Assembly (NCBI GenBank): GCA_043228905.1
Contig: JBHGNT010000011.1
Location: 16,058,001-16,122,000, forward strand
Direction: 5' to 3'
Length of the DNA stretch: 64,000 nucleotides
Source of the DNA: Azolla caroliniana
Lineage: Eukaryota > Plantae > Polypodiophyta
Shown: positions 47,161 to 59,831 of the stretch, piece after piece
How the letters are laid out: every line of letters starts with the position of its first letter
Position numbering within the stretch: the stretch's first letter is position 1
Notes under the pieces: generated by a model
The model's input: the letters and a program-made list of their open reading frames with translations, nothing else
Database searches by the model: none
What the model was told of the DNA's origin: nothing
Translations under genes and position numbers: made by a program

Positions 47161-48666
47161 AACCAAACCTCGATGGTATTTATATGAGGAGGAAATTAAG
47201 AAAGGAGTTGCCGTGGAGAAAGGGATATAAATATAATGGAAAGGACAAAGTGTTTAAAAAGATGGATAAATCAACCTTTTTAATCTACTTATCCCTTTGG
47301 CCACAAATTGGTAAATCCCAAATGACATGACTAAAAACTTACAGTGGCCAAAACAATGTACATAGTGTTGTTTTATGGACATCGACATCAATGTACACAA
47401 ACTTGATTATGCAATGATTCAATTTCTTCAAATCGAACACATACGAGTGAAAATATCATACATTCATTCAATTTTTTTCAAATCAAACATATAAGTGTAA
47501 AAAATTCTACTCCTTCACCCATATTTCAAAACTTGTGCATAGTTTCATGTCTTAGAAGGCATAAAACACGGTTTGTATTTAGTGCCATCCATAACACAAA
47601 TTTAGGCCTTCTCTTTCTTTTGTCTCTCTATCTTATTGTAATCTTAAGACATTATGAAAATCATCTTCTTTCTTTTTGTAATATGCTTACCCTAGTGGTC
47701 AAGTCTTAGATTACTAATCATAGGCTTTGGGGTCTATTCGAAGAAGAGGCTTACTTCCCTTGGTAAAGAATTATCATAGGATATGTTCCATATTCTAACC
47801 ACATATGCTTTGTTACAAGTTGGAAAGTCGTGTAGATTTGCACGAAACAAACATGACATAGTCTTTGTTGTAACTTTCACAATGTTGTCAAGACAACAAC
47901 TAATTAGGAAAGCCAAAACCATGTATCCGAAAAGTTTTTTTTTTTTTTTTTTCAAAGATGAAAATGTTTCAACAAGGAGTGTATAATGTAGGACTGTGGT
48001 AGTTCCAACATGACAATTGTATGTGTACAAAGGCTTAACAGCCCTTGATGTATAGTCCCATCCCCTCCAACCCATGTATGAAACCAAGGAATATAGAGAG
48101 AGCATGGAGGAGAATGAGTACCATGTTTTTGTGACCCTTATTAGTTACATTTTCATCATAATAACGGTGCGTTGAAGTTGTTCCATGATTTTATCATCTT
48201 TTAATGAAACTTCGTTCTCTTTTGCTCTTGAGGCATGGGTTTACAATGTCAAACCTAGTTTAGGATTTCTTGAGGGGAACAATTCCTAGTTGGAGTTGTA
48301 ACTTGTTCTATGATGGTTCTAGCTAACTTCTTGTGGTGGGAGCGAAGCTCTCTTTCTAATGACAAAATGCTAAGTTTTTAGTGTCACTTTGCTTAACATG
48401 TAAGATACATTTATATAGTAGCGTTTTAAGTGGGTTATCTCAATACAAATAGGAGTACTCCAAGTTTGATACTCAGCCAAACAAATATAATTGAAAAGTG
48501 ATTATAAAATAGTCCCATTGAAGTGAACTCCATTTATGGTGCCCATTTAGCTATATTATAGAATTCCGTTGGCTCATATTTTTTTCTATTCCTTCCATTT
48601 GCAACTTTGGGAGAAACAATGTGCCTACATCAATAGGGTGCCCATTAACTTTATCATTGAGTTCAT

Positions 48667-48973
48667 GATGATATGAAAGGTTTAACTGATGCTCTAAGGC
48701 AACGTCAAGTGGACTTTAAGAAACGGTGGCGAGGGCTTCACTTATTTTCAGATACAACTTCTAGTATGAGGTGGAATTATGCCATACCTTCTTCTTTTTT
48801 ACATAGCTTGTAGCTTGTGCTCGTCTCGTTTCTTATATGATATCATATGTTTGATCAGATGTTGGTATGAGCTTTTGTATTACAATAGAGGTGAGATGAA
48901 ATGTCTCCTTCTGTTTTCTACATGTACATTTCTCAAGTAATATACTAAGGTGTATCTTTCTTGCAAAAAAAAG
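48667..48973 (+). mobile_element. Short L1 LINE 3' fragment
   Basis: DDMKGLTDALRQRQVDFKKRW...MRWNYAIP is homologous to the other LINE C-termini; poly-A tail; perfect 20-bp TSD AACTTTATCATTGAGTTCAT at 48647-48666 and 48974-48993. Confidence 0.8.
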
Positions 48974-50316
48974 AACTTTATCATTGAGTTCATTCGGATC
49001 ATATTTTCTAATCCTTCGATTTGCAACTTTGAGAGAAAGAATGTGCCTAAATCAATGTTTTTACTCCCTTTTTCTCATGTAGCCGAGATAGTCCAACCCC
49101 CTTTTATTGTACCTAATAGAGGGGTATTTTAGTATCCATGTTTTCCAATCATGGAGAACTCACTTTGATAACTTTAGTTCCTATAGTGCATGAATCAATA
49201 TGTTATTCTGGAAAGGTTCACTTTCATGATTTCAGGGCATGGAACCTAGAACTAGCAACATATCACAATTTGGTCAATGTAACTAAAGTGTTTGTGTCAA
49301 TTAGAGAATTGATTTCCGCCATAAAAGTTTCTTCTTCAATGAGGATATTCAAGAAATCATGTCATTAATTTGATAGATCTAAAAAGGTGTAGAAATGAAT
49401 CTCACATTAGATCGTTCCTTCTTTCCACACGACTGTATGTACATATATAAACCCTATAATAACATGACAATAAAAGCCTTGATTGGGTGGTAAGCAAGGA
49501 GCTCATTTCAAAAGTTCAATTGAAAGGAACAAACTAACTAGTTGTGAGCATTGTATAAATTAATTAAAAACGAGTGTGAAGTCATGAATTGTTTTTTCTT
49601 TGTGGAACTCCTTTGTTTCCTTGGAAATAGAACCACGCGAGCATAAGAATGGGTTAGAAAGCCTTTCCTTTGTATTGTATTTTGGGGGGATCAAGGGGCT
49701 TCCAAAGACACAAAGAGCTGCCGGGAATGAGGGGCGAAAGAGCATAACTACAAAGTGTGAGCCTTTCTTTTTGCTTGTCTATTTGGCATCACCGTCATCT
49801 CTCGGCCACGAGCACAAGAGCCTTTTTGGAGTCATTGGGAGAATCGTTCACAAAATCGGAACTTTAGGGGCTCTCGAGGTTGCACACACACAGACAAAGA
49901 CACCGACACACACAATCTCTCTTTCTTTAGGGGCTCTCGAGGTTGCGCGCATGAGAGAACGCACACACAAACACACACAATCTCTCTTTCTTTCTTTTTA
50001 TATCGTAATTAGCTTACCCTAGTAGTAAGTTGTTAGACTACTAGGACTCACTCTCTCTCTCTCTCTATGTGGTTTATGATGACCATTGTCAACCATGATT
50101 AACTTTCTATGTCAATTTGTCGATGCTTTGGACAATATGAAGAAGGGACGGTGTGTGTGTGTGTGTGTTTGGGATGGGTTTCTTGCCAATGTCTCTCGAT
50201 CATGTCGGTGGCGAGCCTTTTCGGGTGGGTCGGCTTTCTTTTCATTTGATTGTGTATCTATCACGAAGCAAGAGACAAAGTTCGCTTCTTCTTCTTCTTC
50301 TTCAAGAATGCTATAC

Positions 50317-50334
50317 GGACGGACCCGAGCCAAG

Positions 50335-50366
<32 letters not shown>

Positions 50367-50616
50367 ATTATCGTCTTCGAAGGTCAAGTATGACCTACGA
50401 GAAAGAGAGAGAGTGCTATCGGTACTCATATTATATCGATACTCACATAAAGTGAGTATATGGACGGACCCGAGCCAAGGAGAGAGAGAGAGAGAGAGAG
50501 ATTATATTATCGTCTTCGGAGGTCAAGTATGACCTACGAGAAAGAGAGAGAGTGCTATCGGTACTCACATTGTATCGATACTCACATAATGTGAGTGTAT
50601 GGACCGACCCGGGCAA

Positions 50617-50662
<46 letters not shown>

Positions 50663-50912
50663 ATTAACGTCTTCGGAGGTCAAGTATGACCTACGAGAAA
50701 GAGAGAGTGCTATCGGTACTCATATTATATCGATACTCACATAAAGTGAGTATATGGACCGACCCGAGCCAAGGAGAGAGAGAGAGAGAGAGAGATTATA
50801 TTATCGTCTTCGGAGGTCAAGTATGACCTACGAGAAAGAGAGAGAGTGCTATCGGTACTCACATTGTATCGATACTCACATAATGTGAGTGTATGGACCG
50901 ACCCGGGCAAAG

Positions 50913-50944
<32 letters not shown>

Positions 50945-51076
50945 ATTAACGTCTTCGGAGGTCAAGTATGACCTACGAGAAAGAGAGAGTGCTATCGGTA
51001 CTCACATTGTATCGAGATACTCACATAAAGTGAGTGTATGGACCGACCCGAGCCAAGGAGAGAGAGAGAGAGAGAG
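50317..51076. repeat. Minisatellite with a 139-155-bp unit containing variable (GA)n tracts; 5 full copies plus one partial
   Basis: Units start GGAC(G/C)GACCCG at 50317, 50462, 50601, 50756, 50895 and 51040. Confidence 0.95.
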
Positions 51077-51522
51077 CAAGAGGTCATGGGTGGTTCAACC
51101 CCCTACATTCCACAATGGCATCTAATGAAATAAGATATATGGAATTGGGTTTCGAAACCAAGACGTACGGCTAGTAGTGTTAACAACTTACCACTAGGTT
51201 AAGCTAATAACAACAAAAAACGGAAAAGAGAAAAGCAAAAAGATATCTTAAAAAGAGAAGATCTCGCCTTTTTTAGTGAATGAAGAAATGATTAAGATGC
51301 CGCTTTTTTTGGCTGTCACTAATGTAGTAGTGCATGAAAAATACGAAATGAAATTTGTGTCTATATATTTGTGGTGTACATACATACGTACCTATGAGCA
51401 TTTCACAATATAATCTGTATATCTCTGTAAGACTATATACATATATACATATATATTTCTCTCTCTCTTCTTCTTCTTCTTCTTCTTCTTGCTTCTTGCT
51501 TCTTGCTTCTTTCTTGTACAGC

Positions 51523-54003
51523 ATGGAGCTTGTGAAAGCTCAGAGATCACCATCATCGCCATCATCCCCTGTCACCTCCATCAATCATGCCATTCGTGCG
51601 TCCAAATGGGCAGCTCCTTACATCCTCATAGCCATCCTCTCATTTGGCCTCCTCATCTCGGCCATCGCCACCTCCAACTTCGCCACCAGGATCACCCCCA
51701 TCACTACCGCCACCACTATCACTACCCCTACCCCTACCCCTTCGTCCTCACCCTCCCAAGCTCTCTTCATACTCTTCTTCAAAGGCACCGCCTTCTCTAG
51801 CGAACACACCACCACCAGCACCACCACCACCTGGCATAATGGTGGTCACAATAATGATGATAAGAATCATGGAGGAGGAAGAGGAGATCCTGGCCCTTCA
51901 TCTCCAAATTTTAATGCCACTACGGACCCTGATGATTCATGGCAGGGAGGCAGAAACGCAGGGGTGGAAGGTGGGAAGAACAGCCCATCCATTCTTATCC
52001 GAGAAGGCCGTCGTGGGGATGAGTCCAGCGGCCATGGCGGCAGGGAGGTGCAGAAGGATAGGGCACCATCGGCAACTGAAGGCGGATGCAATATCTGGTC
52101 GGGGAGGGGGTCATGGGTGCAGGTAAAGGAGGAGGAGGAAGGGCCAGGGCCCCATAACCCACTGGACACCACCGCCGCCTATTACCTCGACGATGGGCCG
52201 GGCGCCTGCCCCTTCCTGGACAAAGGCTTCAGCTGCCAGCGCAATGGGCGGCCAGACCATGGCTACCTCCGCTGGAGGTGGCTCCCCGATGGCTGCGCCC
52301 CACACGGCCCCAAGAGCCTGCCCAGGTTCCATGGCAGGCGCCTTCTGGAACTATTGAGAGGGAAGAGGATGGTGTTTGTTGGGGACTCCCTCAACCGGAA
52401 CCAGTGGGAATCCATGCTGTGCATGCTCCGCCAATCCTTGCCGGACAAAGCTCGCATCGAGAAGATTCGTGGGCAGGGTAGCGATGGTGGTATCTCCAAG
52501 CTCCCAGGGGCTTATGTCTTCAAGTTCTTGGTAAGCCACCATTTTCTTCTTTCCTTCAAATCTTTCTTCTTCTTCAGATTCATCAGATTCATCTGACCAT
52601 GCCATGTTGCTTTACATGTTGCTTCATTGACTGCAGGATTATGATTGCAGAGTTGAGTTTTATACCTCATTCTATCTGGTGGATCAGCAAATCATAAACG
52701 AATCCAATTCGTCTCGGTACACTATAAGGTTAGACAGGATGGATCGAGCGGAGAGGAGATGGAGGAAGGCGAACGTTCTGATCTTCAACACAGGCCATTG
52801 GTGGACCGCGGATAAGATAGGGGACGGGTAATGGAGATGGAAGTGATATACTTACTAATCACATATGCATTCATGTGCATATTAGAAACAACCACAGTTA
52901 CAATCAAAATAAAACTCAAGTATTCATGCATTACTATGACAATATAATCATGTCATATGCATTATGCACATATTAGTTAGTAAACAATCACAGTAATCAG
53001 AATAAAACTGAGGCTTTCATCATGCATTATTATGACAATATAACCAACCACCTATGCATTATGTGCATATTAGTAACAGTCACAGTAATCAAAATAAAAC
53101 TGAAGCATTCATGCATGATTATGAGAATGTATGATTACTGTAGGGCTGGAGTTTTTCAAGAAGGCCAGCATGTGTACGAGAAGTTGGATGTGATGGTGGC
53201 TTACAAGAAGGCTCTTTCCACATGGGCTGCATGGGTGGATAGACATGTGAACCCACGAAACACCACCGTCTTCTTCCGAAGCTATTCTCCGATCCATTAC
53301 ACGTAAGTGCCGGATCGACCGACATATCATGCATATATTTCTGCTTCGGCAACTGTATCGTTGTTAGAATAATGTGCTTCAGAGTATTCTGAGACTTCAT
53401 GTAAACCTTTCATTAGATTTGCTCTCCGATTCCCTGCATGATGATACCCTACTGTACATTGATTGGTTTTGTTTTCCTACATCAATTGGTTTAAAAGGTA
53501 TAATGAACAAGAGTCCATATTTTTTCTGTAGAGCAAAGGGATTGGATTGGGATAGCACGTTTTGTAAAACCTTTACAAATGCAGACATTTATATTCATTA
53601 AATTATATCCAGCATGTTGCAAATTAGGTAACCAAAGCATTAGTTCCTTATAATATCCAATCAATGCATGTATTGCATATTTTGCAGAGGAGGGCAATGG
53701 AACTCTGGTGGGCAATGCCAAGACGAGACCGAACCCATCCATCAGGAATCTTATCTGACACCATATCCAGATAAGATGTATGCATTGGAGGAGACACTGG
53801 ACAAGATGAGGAATGTAAGAGTGAAAATACTCAACATCACGAGGCTATCAGACTACAGGAAAGATGCCCATCCTGCCATATATGGCCACCCACCGGGCGA
53901 GGTTGTTCAACATCAGGATTGTAGCCATTGGTGCCTACCCGGCCTTCCCGACACATGGAATGAGCTCCTCTACCATGCCCTTACAATGGATGCTTCATCT
54001 TGA
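51523..54003 (+). CDS. TBL: Trichome birefringence-like (TBL/DUF231) polysaccharide O-acetyltransferase, about 557 aa. Exons: 51523-52530, 52637-52827, 53144-53302, 53688-54003
   Basis: N-terminal TM helix; CPFLD..F.CQ.NGRPD..YL.WRW; [15 protein letters not shown] (GDS motif); FNTGHWW; RKDAHP; [18 protein letters not shown] (DxxH motif); GT-AG introns. Confidence 0.95.
52862..53130. repeat. Degenerate triplication of about 95 bp forming most of TBL intron 2
   Basis: TATGCATT.TG..CATATTAG...AACA..CACAGT..AATCA.AATAAAACT.A.G..TTCAT occurs three times. Confidence 0.75.
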
Positions 54004-54080
54004 TTCATGCCAGTCTCTTGGTAGGGTTAACCTTGGCTCATTTTTTTATACCAAGGTAAGTTAAGCCTGAATTGAGACAT

Positions 54081-54098
54081 GGGGGGGGGGGGGGGGGG
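54081..54098 (+). repeat. Poly-G tract just downstream of the TBL stop codon
   Basis: Run of 18 G. Confidence 0.9.
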
Positions 54099-55119
54099 AG
54101 GACCAAGGGGTGGTTAAAGGTACCTCTACGTTAGAGTAATTCTAACCTTTTGATCAAAGTAAAGCCCAAATAATTGTATTAAGGAAATCACTCTCTCCAC
54201 CATATCCATCCATCCATTCATTCATTCATTTCATTCATGCCTACTATCTCCAACCATTGGAATGGAGAAGGCTCTCTACATTCATTCATAGCATGCTATC
54301 TATCTATGCTACCTCTTCATGAGCTGTGCCTACTAAACATGTGCATCAGCCAACTCATACAAAGACTTGAGTGTGGGTGGAAATGAAGAAGGTTTTCGGT
54401 GGTGCATATAGCATATCTACTGGAAGTACATATGTATATTGGTTTATGTAATCTATACATATACATAAGTATGTTACATATGAAAGCATGGTGATTGGAA
54501 GTTTGTCAAGTGTTTTGGACCGTTGTTCTCTTGGAGCACAATGTGCACTCTCAATTGCAATATTCATTCATTCATTAAATCTGACTATTTCCGAATAAAG
54601 AGTACGTGGTGTTGCAAGGGTTTGGGGCTAACTAAGTATGTACGATACATGCATACATCATACTACAAGGATTGTATTTTTTTTTCACCATTCGTGATCT
54701 TTTGGTAGACAGGATTTTAATTAACAATTTGAAATGTTTGTCAATATAGGTGATACAAAAAGATGCTCAGTACCAATTAGTTGCAAAGTTGGTATGATGA
54801 GAAAAGTTGTGATAAAAAAATTGCTGAGTATACACCATTACCCCTAGATGTTGTCGTAAATTTAAATGTAGACTTAGAAAAGTGCCAGAGGATATGTAGG
54901 TTTCGAACGTTGGACGCTTTCATCATGATAAGCCGGATTGTCACATTACCCTTGAATGTAATATTCGAATGTTCACTAAAAGCAATGGAATGATGCTTAT
55001 GACTTGCCTTAATGATATGCTATGCTCAAATCGTTCCTTCTTTAGAAACACAGCAAGACATTTTTTCACTTTCACAAGTTTAAAGATTTTATGTCGAACA
55101 CAAAAGATATATATATCTA

Positions 55120-55320
55120 TTTATTTTCCCCAAAAAAACTCCTTCCATTAGTTATAAAGATTTTACAGATGAGATTATTATATGTATACAAATCCCTATA
55201 GGGACACGATAGGTCCATTTTATGTGGATGCCCACTACCTCAAGAAAGGGAGAGGACGACCGTTGTTGGATAAAGGCTAGTCGTTGTCTTTCAACTCTAT
55301 CGGAGTCGCCCTTGAGGCCA
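55120..55320 (-). mobile_element. L1 LINE 3' fragment, close relative of 9921-10211
   Basis: Highly similar nucleotide sequence (AAACTCCTTCCATTAGTTATAAA...CAAGAAAGGGAGAGGACGACC...GCCCTTGAGGCCA). Confidence 0.8.
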
Positions 55321-57803
55321 GGGTGGAATGTGTGTTTTAAAGAATGTGTAAATTTTGGGATCTTTATGTACATGTAGTAGATCTCCAACCTTCTATTACA
55401 TAATTTTTTAAAAACAAATACAAGCTTTCTCATGCAAAAGGTAGGGGACTAGTCTTTATGTGTAGATCTCCAACCACAGATTTAAAACATGGATATAGCA
55501 CTCCAAGATCGGCTAGATTTTCACATACAAGCTGGTGCTAGAAATATGCAAGTTCTTTTTAATGTTGGCAAAAAATAACAAATATCTTGCTTTTTTATAT
55601 ATACTTGTTTGGCTCCTATTGATTTTGTGTGACATTTAACGTTGAACTTTTGCATATTTGTTATATTATAAAGGGTGACTTTGTATCTATACATTAAGCT
55701 AAGGAATGCTGTGTAGCAAATTTTGTTCTCTTTTTAGTTGGGAGGAGAGACATATGTAGCAATATGTAGCAGTTATTTTAAAACTCTAGGAAAAGAAGTT
55801 TATATATATTGTCACTACATCATGTCATATGTATGCTAAGAGTAGATAGAAATGGGAGTCGTTGCTCGAGTATAACCCCTACCACTGTGTGAATTGACAA
55901 CTCAATAAATGATGATAGCTATTCATGATCACATGAGAGAGAGAGCAAGGGAGAAGAAACATCTCTTTTTGTCTTGAAGACCCAACAAAACATTATAACA
56001 AGAAAATTTGCCCCACCTATAAGAAGAATGGATGAAATGGAACTATTGAACTATGTGGAGCCTATACCTACCTCCAAAATACCTATGTATGTCCCAATGA
56101 ACGATATGAAATTAATTAATGTCTCTTAGAGGCTGAAATGATACAAGCAAACAACTAGCAAATTTACAACAAAATATTGTCTCACCTATGAGAAAAATTG
56201 AAGAAGTGAAAACATTGCACTACTACAATGCCAAGTGACACACAAAACCAACAAGAGTCATGACATCAAATGAGAAAGAGGGTAGTGACAACTGAGCTAC
56301 ATAAAAAGACTCCTCAAGCTCAAAGGTACAATCAAGACAAGGCATCCCATTGGCTTTTTACTATCAGTCATGATAAACAATCCCGATTTGAATATTTTTC
56401 ATCTTTAGAGTTCATAGACTTTCACCTATTGAACAAAAGAATAAGGTATCAGATGTGTAATGTGTGGGTCACAAGGTAATGTTCGGCTTCTATAAAGATG
56501 CTAAATGCATTCCTTCCTATTGACACCCCAAAATGGCCCATTCCAACTTATAATTTCGTCAAATGAATGAGAGCAATGTACAAACAGATACATTAGAATT
56601 AGACGTTTACATCATGTGAGATACAGAAATATCTGGTCAATCAATGCAACTAAATTTAATAGTCCTCTCTGCCAAAAGGATTGAAGAAGTCTACAATGAC
56701 GAATGTGACTTATAAGATTAGATGGAATAGCCAATTGAAAACGTTTTATGGAAAAGGAGACACTTTGCAGGTGAAAACAACTGTCATCTTACAAAAGAAT
56801 GATTTTACAACCAAACGAAGTATACATCAAACAGACAACGCAAGTATCAGTAAAATAAATGGATTTTAATTGTATCTTGTATACATTCTCTGGCTTAATA
56901 TCCACAGCAGCCAATTAACCACCACTCAAACGTTTTTTGTAGCCATCTATACATACCACAAGTTATAAAATTCTACTGCTCAGAGACCTATTGAAACATT
57001 GAAATTCGAGTGAACAGCAGTTGACCTTTGTTTAAGAGGCCTGGGTATGCTAATAGAAAATACCTTAAAAGAACAACACTCATCAATCTTGAAAAAGCTA
57101 ATTATCTAATGGAAAGAAAATATATGAATAGAATATAGCTAAGTAACAGCATCAGCAATATGCAAGAACAGTTAGAAGCACAATTAGCCTCATTAACAAA
57201 TCTTTCGAGTAGACAATGAAGGTTCCCAGCCCATAATACACATAACTTAGTTACTTCATATATGTGTAATGGTCAATCAATCAACATAGATCAAGACACT
57301 AATATCATATAAGATTGATTCAACACACTATAACACAAAGCAAGAATACTTGTTAAAGACATTCATTTCATTCATACTGAATGAACAGAAGAAAACGTTA
57401 ACAAAAGCGAAGCAAGTAATAAAACTGTGGCAGAAACCAACTTCTTTCGTAACACAAAAAAACCATGTTTGTTTTGAACAGTAATACTGCTCCTATTTTA
57501 CACAACACTTGAGTGATTTCACTATTCCTAGAATACTAATTTCTTGGTCCTCGTAGAGACTAGTATGAAAATTCAACCACATGATCAGAGCATCATCCGT
57601 GAAACAATCAACTGCTTGCAAATGCCCAGAAAGGCCATACAAAGAATTGCAGCATTCCACTCCTACAAGAAAACAAGCTACTTTTTTAACCCCGCAGCTA
57701 TGGAAAAAAGTACAAATTTTAACAGCTTTTCAATCCATTTTCCAAAGCAATGACTGCCATCAACAGCAGTACCTCTTGTGCAGTAGCCAGAGAATGCATT
57801 CAC

Positions 57804-59594
57804 TCATTCTTCATCATCATCTTCTTCTTCTTCATCCTACATAGGTGGCAGAAAACAAGTTATGCTGTGCATATAAATAAAATATGCTTCTGAAGTAAAC
57901 AAATGTTCCATATCCACACCTCCTCATCATTGACTTCAGATTTGGATTTATCAGATTCTTCATCACCTGCATCAGTAGCTACTTGTTCCTGCACCAAAAA
58001 CAATAAACAGCATTACTTCAAATGCCAAAAATGTGGAACCATTTGATGTAGAAAATGCATCCGCAACAAAGCAGAAGTCCTTAGTTTTATGCGGTAGTGC
58101 AAAAAAGAACATCAGTATAAGTGCTGGAGGCCGATCATTTTACCTGTTTAGTGTTGTAAGCTTTCATTGCTTTTTCATACTCTACTTTCCTTTTTGTTGC
58201 TTTGGCAATGTATGGAGCCTTTTCCTGCATTGAGAGGCATACACATAAATATTCAGAAAACTGGTATGCTGTACAAAACATAAATAAGCAAACAGAACAG
58301 CAGTTTTTTACCGCATCAGTCATTGACTTCCATTTGTCACCACCAGCCTTTCCAACCTGCAAGAAAACAGACAAAACATGTTGAGTGAGTAAATATAAAA
58401 TACAATACTTGTAGCCGGTAGCTACATCTCTGCAAGTTGTTTTCAAATTACTGAATTCCAATCATGTCTTTTTATAATTTAATCCCCGAATTATCACGAT
58501 TACTATCCATAAAAACACTTTTATTTATCTTATTTAATTAAAAAATTAAGCTTCTTTATGAAATTTATAAGTACATTTTGCTTAAAACATAATGTATATG
58601 TCTATTATATGCAATCACAAAAACGTGAACACTGGTGCTTGGATGATATTCACAGACTACAAAAAAACTGTACCTCGGATTGAAATGGCTAAAATTTTAT
58701 ATTTATTTATTTATTTTAAAGATTACTCCTATAATTCTCGTTATAAAGACATAACGATATATAGCTCGGTTTAATTTGTGCTCACTTTAAAATATAGCTA
58801 TCATAAATATCTATTTCAATGCACTTCATGCAGAATGGAAGATCTAATGTATTTTAAAACCGTGATCAATTAATTACATTATAATTGGTCGTATGCTATG
58901 GATCGCCTGTAAGAAACTGTATAGTTCAATAGGTCTACAATAAGAATTAAAACTGTGTTATATTTACAATAGAGTTAAATAATTGATATATGTAAATATA
59001 TACATATACATAAACATAAACATATATATATATATATATATATATATTTGTGATAACAAACCAAAACGCTAAACTTTACAACTAAACAATGCAGAAACAA
59101 GGTGCGTGCATGTTCAAAATAAAGCAGAAACTTACAACTGACACAGATTTATTGTTTGGGTGGCTCGCACCAAAGGTCTTGCGGAATTCTTCCCTGAGCA
59201 AAATAAACAGAAAATAAGGCTCAGACATAGGGAGAGGGAAGAAGCCTACAGAAAGACGAAGAAGAATTTACAAGAAATAGAAGAGGGAAGAAGCCTACAG
59301 AAAGACGAAGAAGGCGCTCGGTGCCCTTTTAGGCTTATTAGGATCCTTCTTGGCGTTACGTTCCTTTTTACTCTGTCTTTTCTTCGACTTTTCATCACTG
59401 GAAGCTTGTTTCTTTTTCTTCAGATTACTGCAGTTAATTAGGGGAGTCAAATTTGAGAAGTGAGAGAGAGAGAGACAGACAGCAGATTTAGAACCAAAAC
59501 AAACGAAGAAAATCGAGAATTTTGAAAGTCGATATGGAACTTACGTTTCCTCTCCCTTCTTGGAGAGGGCAGCCTTAGCGTTTGTCCCCTTCAT
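57804..59594 (-). CDS. HMGB: High mobility group B protein, about 154 aa. Exons: 59594-59545, 59427-59299, 59193-59136, 58356-58312, 58224-58144, 57988-57920, 57836-57804; probable 5'UTR intron 59830-59621
   Basis: MKGTNAK...KKDPNKPKRAPSAFFVFLEEFRKTF...[40 protein letters not shown].AYN...EESDKSKSEVNDEEDEEEEDDDEE*: basic N-terminus, HMG box and acidic tail. Confidence 0.95.
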
Positions 59595-59792
59595 GACAAA
59601 GAAACGTACTTGGAAGGGAGCTGAAACAGAAGGAAAACGTTAACAGAAAAAGAGAAGAAAGGAAAGGAAAGGAAATAGAAGGAGAAAGCGAGGAAATTGA
59701 TGAGGTTAAAAAGATTACGAAAATATCCAAAAAAAGGAACGGAAAGGAGAGATGGCGTCGTGGATATGAAAGAAAGGAAAACACAAGGTAAC

Positions 59793-59831
<39 letters not shown>

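Noticed and set aside
50317-51076. CRISPR-like repeat/spacer appearance (also 28115-28296 and 63419-63760)
   Set aside because: Eukaryotic context, no unique spacers and no cas genes; these are tandem repeats.
51355-51522. N-terminal extension of TBL given in the ORF track
   Set aside because: It has a non-ATG start and runs through TA/CTT repeats of the 5' leader; the ATG at 51523 fits the family.
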